From an uncultured Candidatus Saccharibacteria bacterium (GTDB taxonomy: Bacteria; Patescibacteriota; Doudnabacteria; UBA920): a DNA stretch of 64,000 nucleotides. How positions within the stretch are numbered: the first letter of the stretch is position 1; every line of letters starts with the position of its first letter. Location of the stretch: NCBI GenBank assembly GCA_964483665.1, contig CAZACP010000004.1, forward strand, positions 7,399-71,398, read 5' to 3'. The position numbers and the translations under genes are program-made. The notes beneath the pieces are model-generated. The model searched no databases. It was not told where the DNA came from and saw only the letters and a program-made list of their open reading frames with translations. Below are positions 25,535 to 33,830 of this stretch, piece after piece.

Positions 25535-26968
25535 TTACCTTTTAAAACTCTTCCCCGGCCTTATGGAAATATCACCATCGTTATCAACTTCCTTAACTCT
25601 CCCAAAACCTACGCTGTCCCTAAATACTTTCCCTGCCTTTAAAACCGGGGCGTAAGACAAAGTAAATTTGCCGTATTTGGCGTTTACAACATCTATCGCG
25701 CGAGTAAGCGAAGCTTTGGCCGTTTGTTTTTTAAACAAAGACTGCTGAAGAATAAAAGGCTTAAGGCCTGCTACGGTAACGCCTATTAATTTACAATTGG
25801 CGATGATTTTATGTATATCGGTATAATTCTTTATAATATGCCTGGCTTCCCAAAATAAATCCCTTGCGTCAAAAATATCGGTAGACAATTTTGCAGAATG
25901 CCCGTAACTGTTATAATCGCCGTCGCGCACATACGCCACCACAATATTGCCCATTAATTTTTTGCGCCTAAGCCTCTCCCCCACCATTTCGCAAAGCTTG
26001 TATAAAACCGGCTCAAAAAATTCCGGCTTTCTGTATTCCTTAGGCAGAGTATACATATGGCCGATTGATTTTATACTTTCATCAAAATTCACTTTTGCTT
26101 TCCAGCTACCGCTTAACTGTCCCATATGGTGAAGGTGATAGCCGTTAATGCCAAACACTCGCACCAGTTTGCTTAAGGGGTAATCGCGCAGCTCTTTTAA
26201 AGTTTTTATGCCAAGTTCGTTTAACCTTTTTTCCTGCCTTTTGGCTATACCCGGTATGTCGGTAAGTTTAAGACGAGTATAAAGATCTTCTTTGGTTAGA
26301 TTTAAAACCCCATTTGATATTTGAAATTTGATATTTGAAATTAGCACTATTCCATCCGGCTTTTTTAAATCACTCGCAATTTTTGCTAGGAGTTTGTTCT
26401 CCGCAATACCTATGCTGCAAGTTAAATAATCCCCCACTTCTTTTTTCATTCGTTTTTTTATTTCCACAGCTACCCTAACCGCTTCTTGCCAAGGATTGGC
26501 CAATAAATAATCTTTAATTTCTGCCATATAAAAATATGGGTGTTCTATATTTTGAAATTTGGATTTTAAAATTTGTCCGCCAGCTGGCGGATTATTTAAA
26601 AATTTAAAATTTAAAATTGGAAATTTAACATTACAGCTTGCTGTAATGTCCACATACGCTTCATCTATGCTGGCCGGCTCAACAAAATTGCTGTAGTCCC
26701 TTAAAACTTTTAAAAACCGGCGATGATACTCCCTGTAAGCATCGGCCCTTGTATGCACCAAAATAATTTTAGGATACAGCTTTTTAGCTTCCCAGACCGG
26801 CGTGCCGGTCTTTATGCCCCAGCGCTTGGCTTCTATGCTGGCGGCAATAATAATGCCGCCCAAATGTTCGCACACGCCTAAAACCTTGCCGCGGTACTCT
26901 TTATTGTCTTGCTGCTCCACCGAGGCAAAATAGCTGTTCATATCTAAATGCAAAATTACATTTTGCAT
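25535..26968 (-). CDS. dinB: DNA polymerase IV (Y-family)
   Basis: MQNVILHLDMNSYFASVE...SIDEAYVDIT...CSIGIAENKLLAKIAS. It carries two in-frame repeat-derived inserts. Confidence 0.85.
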   Translation of the reverse strand: MQNVILHLDMNSYFASVEQQDNKEYRGKVLGVCEHLGGIIIAASIEAKRWGIKTGTPVWEAKKLYPKIILVHTRADAYREYHRRFLKVLRDYSNFVEPASIDEAYVDITASCNVKFPILNFKFLNNPPAGGQILKSKFQNIEHPYFYMAEIKDYLLANPWQEAVRVAVEIKKRMKKEVGDYLTCSIGIAENKLLAKIASDLKKPDGIVLISNIKFQISNGVLNLTKEDLYTRLKLTDIPGIAKRQEKRLNELGIKTLKELRDYPLSKLVRVFGINGYHLHHMGQLSGSWKAKVNFDESIKSIGHMYTLPKEYRKPEFFEPVLYKLCEMVGERLRRKKLMGNIVVAYVRDGDYNSYGHSAKLSTDIFDARDLFWEARHIIKNYTDIHKIIANCKLIGVTVAGLKPFILQQSLFKKQTAKASLTRAIDVVNAKYGKFTLSYAPVLKAGKVFRDSVGFGRVKEVDNDGDISIRPGKSFKR

Positions 26969-26984
26969 AACTAATAATAATTAA

Positions 26985-27105
26985 TTTAGGACTTAGGCGC
27001 TCGTCATTGCGAGCCCCGAGTCCTCGAGGGGCGAAGCAATCTTTTAATATAAACAAGCCTTATTAATAACAGATTGCTTCGTCCCAAAACCTCCTCGCAA
27101 TGACG
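26985..27105. repeat. Approximately 120-bp imperfect palindrome (CGTCATTGCGAG...GAAGCAATC // GATTGCTTC...CTCGCAATGACG)
   Basis: 12-bp and 9-bp complementary arms surround a 31-bp AT-rich centre. It lies between the dinB start and the upstream gene. Confidence 0.5.
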
Positions 27106-27204
27106 AAAAACCATACTTTGCTTTGTCTCAAATATATTTTTATAGTAAACGATAGTTCACCCAAAGTCAACAAAAACAAACGCCGCGGGGGTATGGAAAA
27201 CCCC

Positions 27205-27471
27205 TCACGGCGCGTCTTTCCTAGACGGTCCAATTACCATTATTGCCCTTGCCGGTAAAAGCGGTTGAAAGTTTAATCTCGCGAGTGGATGAATAATAAA
27301 TATGTCAGGGGGGTCATCAATCAAAAAGTCTCTTACGACCCTTAATTGATTAATATGGGCAACCCAAATCACTTGATGGCATTTAATATCATTCACTGAT
27401 TGGACAAGAGCGTCTCTCCTGTCATAACCAAAAAACCCAACCTTCAATGGCTCTTTATGAGAATGCCACAT
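27205..27471 (-). CDS. Hypothetical small protein (GC-rich)
   Basis: RBS aaggagaagg before MWHSHKEP. The start is trimmed from 27537. Confidence 0.35.
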   Translation of the reverse strand: MWHSHKEPLKVGFFGYDRRDALVQSVNDIKCHQVIWVAHINQLRVVRDFLIDDPPDIFIIHPLARLNFQPLLPARAIMVIGPSRKDAP

Positions 27472-27720
27472 TTTTTCCTTCTCCTTGTTGTACGATACAA
27501 AACCCGTCCCAAAGAATAACAAAAAAGTTATTCTCAAGGACGGGTTGATGAAGTTTCATCAGTTTGCCGCGGTACCACCTTGCTTTCCTAAAACTTAGGA
27601 CTCTTTTTACCGGATTTTACGGCTCGGGCAACCGTGCGGGATATTCCCCCGCCAGCGTTTTGGTGTGCGAAACCAAATCTTTAACTGCTTTATACTATTA
27701 TTCCGCCAAAGGCGGATCCG
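27472..27720 (-). promoter_or_regulatory. Putative structured 5' leader with terminator/attenuator hairpin (riboswitch-like arrangement, class unknown)
   Basis: On the minus strand the hairpin is cccgtccttgagaataac-tttttt-gttattctttgggacggg followed by ttttg, 25 nt before the RBS. The GC-rich upstream segment has several short hairpins. Confidence 0.3.
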
Positions 27721-27788
27721 CCTTTGGCGGAATTTTAGCTTAGTTTACCACTTACAAAAATTCTGTCAATAACTTTGAATAACCAAAG

Positions 27789-27880
27789 ACAAAATTTTAG
27801 TGTTCGACTTCATGGAGAACCTAAAATTTTATCTTAAATACTCAATATTGTTCTCCACGAGGTCGAACAATATTCCGGTT
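27789..27880. repeat. Family H element (AAAATTTTAGTGTTCGACTTCATGGAGAACC + inverted partial copy)
   Basis: Same family as 42511-42552 and 42893-42964. No gene is enclosed. Confidence 0.6.
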
Positions 27881-27903
27881 TCATGATTCAAAGTCAAGAA
27901 AAA

Positions 27904-28281
27904 CTAATGGTGAGCATGCATTTTTTTCCTGGTTTCTATATAACGCTTTTTGTGCAGCAAAAAAACCACGCCGCACATAATTAAATGCCCCAACCAAAAC
28001 TCCCAGGAACGAAAAATAACCGTGCCTAAAATAGCTGAAGTAATTAACAAATCTAAAAACAAAAAAACAACAAACCAAAAAAAAGCTACAAAAGCAGCTT
28101 CTAAAAAAGTTATAGCGCCCAAGCGGCGGCTTAAAACCAAACTCACAAAACCTACCGACCCTAAATAAACATAGTAGCCGGTTTCGCCGCTGCCTAAATT
28201 CCCGTTAAAATAAAAATACCTTAGGGCAAACAGACTTAAGCCGGAAATAAAAGTTATTAAAAAAAAGCTTTTTAGGGTCAT
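27904..28281 (-). CDS. Hypothetical multi-TM membrane protein
   Basis: 125 aa with about 4 TM helices. I reject the antisense Lys-rich ORF on the plus strand. Confidence 0.4.
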   Translation of the reverse strand: MTLKSFFLITFISGLSLFALRYFYFNGNLGSGETGYYVYLGSVGFVSLVLSRRLGAITFLEAAFVAFFWFVVFLFLDLLITSAILGTVIFRSWEFWLGHLIMCGVVFLLHKKRYIETRKKMHAHH

Positions 28282-28323
28282 TGTGGTAAATCTGAAACTT
28301 ACCTTTTACAAAAGCCGATTGTC

Positions 28324-28830
28324 TTAAGCTTTAGGTTTGGAAGTTTTTTTAGTCTTAGTAGTTCGTTTAGCCGCCGGCTTTTTTGCGGAAACCGTACTTC
28401 TTTTTATAACCCGTTTGGGTTTTAAAGCAACCGGAAAATTATTTTCCAAGTTTTCCAATTTTAACAAATCTGCTTCTATTTTTTGTGTGGCTTCCTGAAG
28501 CTTATGTTTGTAAACCTCAACCTTAACAGGCTTGTCGTCCCATATCCAGGCATTTAAGTAGGAAACCAGCCCTCCGTGAGCAGCTTCATGGTATACGGAT
28601 TTGTACCAATACTTGCCTAGCCATAAACCGTAACAACCGCCAATCACTAATACAACACTTAACGTCGCATAGTCCCAAAAAACAAACCTATAGTATTCAA
28701 AGCCCACATCAGCATAAGTAGCAAAAAGCAAGTAAAAAAATACGGCTATTCTATGGAGGATAAAAAACAACAGCAGCCCCATAAGGCCCGCCATAAACAA
28801 ATACGCCGATCTCCTAAAAGCATGTATCAT
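28324..28830 (-). CDS. Hypothetical membrane protein with coiled-coil and Lys-rich tail
   Basis: 168 aa with 3 TM helices. It is downstream of mreB but does not resemble MreC. Confidence 0.4.
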   Translation of the reverse strand: MIHAFRRSAYLFMAGLMGLLLFFILHRIAVFFYLLFATYADVGFEYYRFVFWDYATLSVVLVIGGCYGLWLGKYWYKSVYHEAAHGGLVSYLNAWIWDDKPVKVEVYKHKLQEATQKIEADLLKLENLENNFPVALKPKRVIKRSTVSAKKPAAKRTTKTKKTSKPKA

Positions 28831-28924
28831 TTTGTTTTGATTTTTAGTTTAAAATCTAATTTATTATAAAATAGATTTAACCTTTAAGCAAGATACTTGC
28901 GCTGTGGAAAAGTAAAATAAAATA

Positions 28925-28985
28925 AATGAGCAAAAATGACAAAAATATAAGTACAGATGCATCTAAGTTTTTGTCATTTATTTTA
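28925..28985. repeat. Family G element (AAATGACAAAAAT ... TTTTTGTCATTT inverted repeat)
   Basis: Read directly from the sequence. Related copies occur at 29995-30130 and 53238-53285. Confidence 0.5.
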
Positions 28986-29990
28986 TCTGACGCTCAATAT
29001 ACTTCTCTTATAGCTGTCTAAATTATCTAAAGCAACGCCGGTTCCTTTTGCAACGCAAAGCAGCGCTTCTTCAGCCACATAGCACGGTACACCCACGCTT
29101 TGGCTAATATACTTATCTAAGTTTCTTAAAAGCGCGCTGCCGCCCGTCATAACCATACCTTTTTCTATAATGTCCGAAGCCAGCTCCGGCGGCGTGTCCT
29201 GCAAAACTATTTTTACAGCTTTGGCTATTTCATATAATTCCTCTCCTAACGCGTCAACAATCTCGTTGGTAGAAACATTTACAGTTTTGGGGAGTCCGGT
29301 TACCATATCGCGCCCTTTTATTTCCATAATTTCTTCTTCTTTAACCGGCAAAGCGCTGCCAATATTTATTTTTATTTCTTCGGCGGTTCGGTCGCCAATA
29401 GCTATGCCCTGTTTTTTTCTAACATATTCCACAATCGCCTGGTCGAGCTTGCTGCCCGCAACTCTGACCGAGGTAGAATTCACTATCCCGCCCAAAGACA
29501 AAACAGCCACGTCAGTAGTACCGCCGCCAATGTCTATAATTAAATTTCCTCTTGCTTCAGAAATAGGAATACCCGCGCCAATGGCCGCGGCAACTGTTTC
29601 CTTAATAACATACGCAGCCCTAGCCCCGGCCGCCTGCGCTGCTTCTATAACCGCTCTTCGTTCTGTAGAGGTAATGCCTCCGGGAACCGATATCATAACT
29701 TCGGGTCTGAAAAACCTTACCTTGCCCAAAGCCTTGTTTATAAAATAGCGCAGCATAGCCTCGGTTACCCTATAGTCGGCAATAACCCCGTCTTTCATAG
29801 GCCTGGACGCAACTATGGTTTCCGGCGTTCTGCCAAGCATGTCTTTTGCTTCCTGGCCCACTGCCAAAACCTTATTGTCAGCCAAAGAAATTGCCACAAC
29901 TGTTGGTTCGTTTATAATTATGCCTTTTTTGGGCAAATAAACGAGGGTATTTGCAGTTCCCAAGTCTATGCCGATTTTTGATTCAAACAT
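28983..29990 (-). CDS. mreB: Rod shape-determining protein MreB (actin-like ATPase)
   Basis: MFESKIGIDLGTANTLVY... and the overall actin-fold motifs. Confidence 0.9.
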   Translation of the reverse strand: MFESKIGIDLGTANTLVYLPKKGIIINEPTVVAISLADNKVLAVGQEAKDMLGRTPETIVASRPMKDGVIADYRVTEAMLRYFINKALGKVRFFRPEVMISVPGGITSTERRAVIEAAQAAGARAAYVIKETVAAAIGAGIPISEARGNLIIDIGGGTTDVAVLSLGGIVNSTSVRVAGSKLDQAIVEYVRKKQGIAIGDRTAEEIKINIGSALPVKEEEIMEIKGRDMVTGLPKTVNVSTNEIVDALGEELYEIAKAVKIVLQDTPPELASDIIEKGMVMTGGSALLRNLDKYISQSVGVPCYVAEEALLCVAKGTGVALDNLDSYKRSILSVR

Positions 29991-29994
29991 AAGT

Positions 29995-30130
29995 TAAATG
30001 ACAAAAATGACATAAATGAGCAAAACGGCATTCTCTGAAACACTTTATAGTATGCCTTCCCGAATGAAATGAGGGATCCCTCGCTGTGCTCGGGACGATA
30101 CTTAGTACCGTTTTTTTGCTCAATTTTGTC
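29995..30130. repeat. MITE-like element, about 135 bp, with imperfect terminal inverted repeats AATGACATAAATGAGCAAAACGG / CCGTTTTTTTGCTCAATTTTGTCATT
   Basis: Read directly from the sequence. The internal GGGATCCCTCGCTGTGCTCGGGAC segment is related to the 1611 and 47539 motifs. Confidence 0.5.
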
Positions 30131-30207
30131 ATTACTCTGACTATCGTACCATATAATACAAAAACTCGGCAATTGATACAACTAAGCACTTAATGTAGAA
30201 TATTCTT

Positions 30208-31497
30208 ATGACAAAACGTTCCCGATATTTGCTAATTGTCTTTTGTGTTGTTTTGTTTGCAATTTTGGCCCCATTAACTATTTTTTATAGTATGGGTCTT
30301 AGTTTTGATTGGCAAAAAAAATCTTTAACTAAAACCGGAATTTTGGCTTTTTTCACAGAGCCCAAAGAGCCAAAAGTTTTTCTTGACGGCAAGGAAGTAG
30401 AACAGCCCGTAAGCACCTTACGCTTTTTAAAACCCAAAGATTATACATTAAAATTTGAATTACCCGGGTACTGCTCTTGGCAAAAACGGCTGCCGGTTAA
30501 TCCGGAACAAGTCACCTGGGTAAGTCCGTTTGATAGCAAAATTTATTTGCTCAAATCTGCGCCCAACACAAATGTTTTAGCCACAGGTACGGAAGATTTT
30601 TTTTACAAAGAAAATTACGTTTTTGCAGCAAAAACAAATTCATTAAGCGTTATTTCAACAAAAAATTTTGCAGAAAAAAAATTCCCGCTTGAAGGAAAAT
30701 TGCGCTATATAACTCCCTTAAACACCAGCTCTGACTTTTTATTGGAACTTAAGTTAACCGCTTCAACTTCAACTTTTTCTGTATTTAACCAAACCTTGGG
30801 CACTCTAAACAAAATACCAGGTGACTTTTCTACGGAAACCAAAATTTTTACCCATAACAACGACTATTTAGTTTTTGAAAAAAATATTCTTTATAGCTTA
30901 GAACCCAAAAGCGGAGAAAAAAAAGTTTTGTTAAAAAATGTTTTAGATTTCGTAATCTTATTTTCAGACGGTTACATTTTAACTAAAGGAGATAATTCTT
31001 CAGTATTATATAATTTTCCCCTAAACAACATTGGTCAAATAAACGAACTGGCAAAACTTCAGTCTTTTTCAAAAGCGAAAATTTTTGTAACTGAAGAAAA
31101 ACAAATTTTTATTTTGGCTGACAAAAAACTTTACGAGTTAGGTTTACAAATAAAAAATATAGGCTCCGCTGAATTTGCCTATTTTGAACAAACAAGCCCA
31201 AACTTAATATATTTTGGACAAGGTGAAACTTTTTTCTTTGACTTTTCCTCAAACCAGCAAAAACTGATTTCAAGGACAAGTGAAAAAATCACCAACCTGT
31301 TACTAGCTAGCAATTTGGGTTATGCTATTTTACAAAAAGGACAAAAAATTGAAGCCTTAGAGTTAGATACCCGTGACGCGCAAAATAACTGTGTTTTGTA
31401 CCAGGGGCAAAATATAATAAAAATATTTCCCGACGAAGACAATCACCGCTTATTTGTATTGGACGGGAACGAATTAAAAATGCTGGAAATAAGATGA
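30208..31497 (+). CDS. Membrane-anchored PEGA-domain protein
   Basis: N-terminal TM helix, then a PEGA-like segment (PKVFLDGKEV...YTLKFELPGY). Confidence 0.45.
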   Translation: MTKRSRYLLIVFCVVLFAILAPLTIFYSMGLSFDWQKKSLTKTGILAFFTEPKEPKVFLDGKEVEQPVSTLRFLKPKDYTLKFELPGYCSWQKRLPVNPEQVTWVSPFDSKIYLLKSAPNTNVLATGTEDFFYKENYVFAAKTNSLSVISTKNFAEKKFPLEGKLRYITPLNTSSDFLLELKLTASTSTFSVFNQTLGTLNKIPGDFSTETKIFTHNNDYLVFEKNILYSLEPKSGEKKVLLKNVLDFVILFSDGYILTKGDNSSVLYNFPLNNIGQINELAKLQSFSKAKIFVTEEKQIFILADKKLYELGLQIKNIGSAEFAYFEQTSPNLIYFGQGETFFFDFSSNQQKLISRTSEKITNLLLASNLGYAILQKGQKIEALELDTRDAQNNCVLYQGQNIIKIFPDEDNHRLFVLDGNELKMLEIR

Positions 31498-31502
31498 GTC
31501 AG

Positions 31503-31943
31503 CTAATTTAATTTTGTCATTTCAAGGTCTATTGCTTCATTTACTAGTCTGTCGGCGTCTGAATTTTGGACTCTAGGAACGTGGATGAAATTTACGTTTG
31601 CAAAATTTTTACAAAGTTTTAATACCGTTTCAGCCAGGGGTTTAAGCCCCTGGTCTTTTATTTTATAACGGCCCTGCATTTGCCTGACTATTAACTCACT
31701 ATCCATTCGGATTTCTAGGCTCGCCTTTTCGTTTGAAATTTGAAACTTGTCATTTGAAATTTTAATTGCTTCTTCCAACGCCAAAATCAGAGCCCTATAT
31801 TCCGCCTGGTTATTGGTAGTTTCTCCGATATATTTTTTAAATTCAGCGGTTATTAACCCTTGTTCATTTTTAAAAACCACACCGATCCCCGAAGGGCCTG
31901 GATTCCCCCTAGAGCCGCCATCTGTGTTGATTATTAGTTTCAT
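31503..31943 (-). CDS. rnhA: Ribonuclease HI
   Basis: INTDGGSRGNPGPSGIGVV...TNNQAEYRALILALE...HVPRVQNSDADRLVNEA. It contains an in-frame KISNDKFQISNEK insert. Confidence 0.8.
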   Translation of the reverse strand: MKLIINTDGGSRGNPGPSGIGVVFKNEQGLITAEFKKYIGETTNNQAEYRALILALEEAIKISNDKFQISNEKASLEIRMDSELIVRQMQGRYKIKDQGLKPLAETVLKLCKNFANVNFIHVPRVQNSDADRLVNEAIDLEMTKLN

Positions 31944-32018
31944 AAAATTTATTTGTATATACTAACATTCTATCATCCTAACACAAGCAAAATACCCCGT
32001 TGTTAAAATGTTAAAAAG

Positions 32019-33746
32019 TTAAGATGATAACTGCCTAATATCTATAATTCTTAACTTTAATTGCTTATTCCCGTTCCATTCATCTTGCAATAATTCACAG
32101 GCTAAATCTAACTCTTGGCCTATTTGTAAACTGCTGTCTTTAGGCCCAAAATTAAAAGCGATGCAGGAAATTTGTCTGTTGCCTAAAGAAATTTTCATTT
32201 GCAAATGCTGTGCTTTTTGTCCCACAGCCCGCTTACTTAATATTTTAGCATTTTTCAGCAAAAATTTTGGTTTCGGGTTGCCAACCCCAAAAGGCTCTAA
32301 GGAAGCAATCAAGTTGTAAGTTGTAAGTTGTAAGTCTTCGGAGGAAAGTTCTGCGTCAATATTTAAAACAGGCCCGTCATCTTCTTCCATATTCTTTTCC
32401 GCAAAATCCAAAACGCTTTGGTAAAATATTTCAAAATTTTCCGTTTGCAAGGTAAGCCCCGCCGCCTGCTTATGCCCGCCATAGCGGATTAAATGCTGGC
32501 CGGAATATTTTAAAGCCTCAACTACATTAAATTCCCCCGCGCTTCTGGCCGACCCGGTCGCTTCAAACTCCCCCTTCTCCAGCACAATTGTGGGTTTATA
32601 AAATTCTTCGGCTAATTTGCCCGCAACTAACCCCACAACGCCTTTATGCCAACTTTCCCCCATTAACACCAAAACCTTCCTGTGAAGTATTCCTTGGGCT
32701 TTTTCTCTCGCTTCGCTCATTATCCGCGCTGTTATTTCCTGCCTTCGCAAATTTATTTCTTCAATATTTTGAGCTTGAATTTTTGCCTTTAAGGGATCGT
32801 TTTCTAACAAAAGTTCCAGGGCAACATTAGCGTGTTCAAGCCTTCCAGCCGCGTTTATCCTTGGTGCAATTACAAAACCTAAGGAATAAGTATCCAGCGG
32901 CTGCTTTGCAGGATCCAGCTTTGCTAAATCCATTAAAGCCCTAAGCCCAACCCACTTTGTTTTAGCTAAAACTTTAAGGCCATACTTAACAAAAATTCTA
33001 TTCTCGCCTATAAGCTTATGACAGTCAGCCACTGTGCCTATAGCCACAAGGTCTAATAGCCACTTTTCCCACCCTTGGGATGATTTCGGATTTCGTCCGC
33101 CAGCTGGCGGATCGGATTTCGGATTTTGCAGCAATGCCTGAGCGAGTTTAAAAGCCACGCCGACCCCAACAATTTGGTCATCCGGATAATTATCGTCTTG
33201 ATTTTTAGGGTTTATAAGCGCTAAAGCGTTTGGTAAATTTCCAATAATTTCATGGTGGTCGGTAATAATTAAGTCTATGTTATTTTCCTTGCACCATTCT
33301 GCGGCATCTACAGAATTTGTGCCGCAGTCCACGGTAATTATTACTTTTGAACCATGTTCTTTAATTTTTTTTAAGGCGTCTAAATTTACCCCGTACCCTT
33401 CCAAAAAACGGTCGGGTATATAACTTTCACAGTCCGCGCCCAAATAATTAAAGGCTTGGCGCAAAACCGCATTAGCGGTTATGGCGTCTGCGTCATAGTC
33501 GCCGTAAATAGTAATTTTTTCTTTATTCTCTATTGCCTGCCATATCCTGTTAACGGCTTTTTCCATATCGCGGAATAAAAACGGGCTATTAAGCCCTGTA
33601 GTATAGTCCGCGTTAATAAATTTTTTTATTTCTTCCGGTTCCTTAAGGCCGCGATCAAAAAGCAATTGCCTTAAAAGGACCGGGTAATCTTTATAAACTT
33701 CTTCCAGTTCTGTCGGAATATTGGGTTTTAATTTCCAAATTTTCAT
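32019..33746 (-). CDS. recJ: Single-stranded-DNA-specific exonuclease RecJ
   Basis: DHH motifs (YGDYDADAITANAVL and IITDHHE) and a DHHA1 domain. It has two in-frame repeat inserts. Confidence 0.85.
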   Translation of the reverse strand: MKIWKLKPNIPTELEEVYKDYPVLLRQLLFDRGLKEPEEIKKFINADYTTGLNSPFLFRDMEKAVNRIWQAIENKEKITIYGDYDADAITANAVLRQAFNYLGADCESYIPDRFLEGYGVNLDALKKIKEHGSKVIITVDCGTNSVDAAEWCKENNIDLIITDHHEIIGNLPNALALINPKNQDDNYPDDQIVGVGVAFKLAQALLQNPKSDPPAGGRNPKSSQGWEKWLLDLVAIGTVADCHKLIGENRIFVKYGLKVLAKTKWVGLRALMDLAKLDPAKQPLDTYSLGFVIAPRINAAGRLEHANVALELLLENDPLKAKIQAQNIEEINLRRQEITARIMSEAREKAQGILHRKVLVLMGESWHKGVVGLVAGKLAEEFYKPTIVLEKGEFEATGSARSAGEFNVVEALKYSGQHLIRYGGHKQAAGLTLQTENFEIFYQSVLDFAEKNMEEDDGPVLNIDAELSSEDLQLTTYNLIASLEPFGVGNPKPKFLLKNAKILSKRAVGQKAQHLQMKISLGNRQISCIAFNFGPKDSSLQIGQELDLACELLQDEWNGNKQLKLRIIDIRQLSS

Positions 33747-33749
33747 TGA

Positions 33750-33830
33750 GTAGTTGGTAGTTGGTAGTTGGTAGTTGGTAGCCCAAATTGCTCCGGCTAC
33801 TTACTACTTTACTACCTACTACTTACTAAA
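33750..33830. repeat. Family D element: (TAGTTGG)4 array - spacer - (CTACTTA)n array
   Basis: Read directly from the sequence. The second copy is at 62515-62590. Confidence 0.65.

Noticed and set aside
27950-28168. Plus-strand Lys-rich 72-aa ORF.
   Set aside because: It is antisense to a convincing multi-TM ORF and is low-complexity from an A-rich template.
33750-33830. Tandem heptamer arrays and the many short repeats considered as CRISPR arrays.
   Set aside because: There are no regularly sized unique spacers between identical repeats. The arrays are contiguous tandem units or palindromes, and no cas genes are present.
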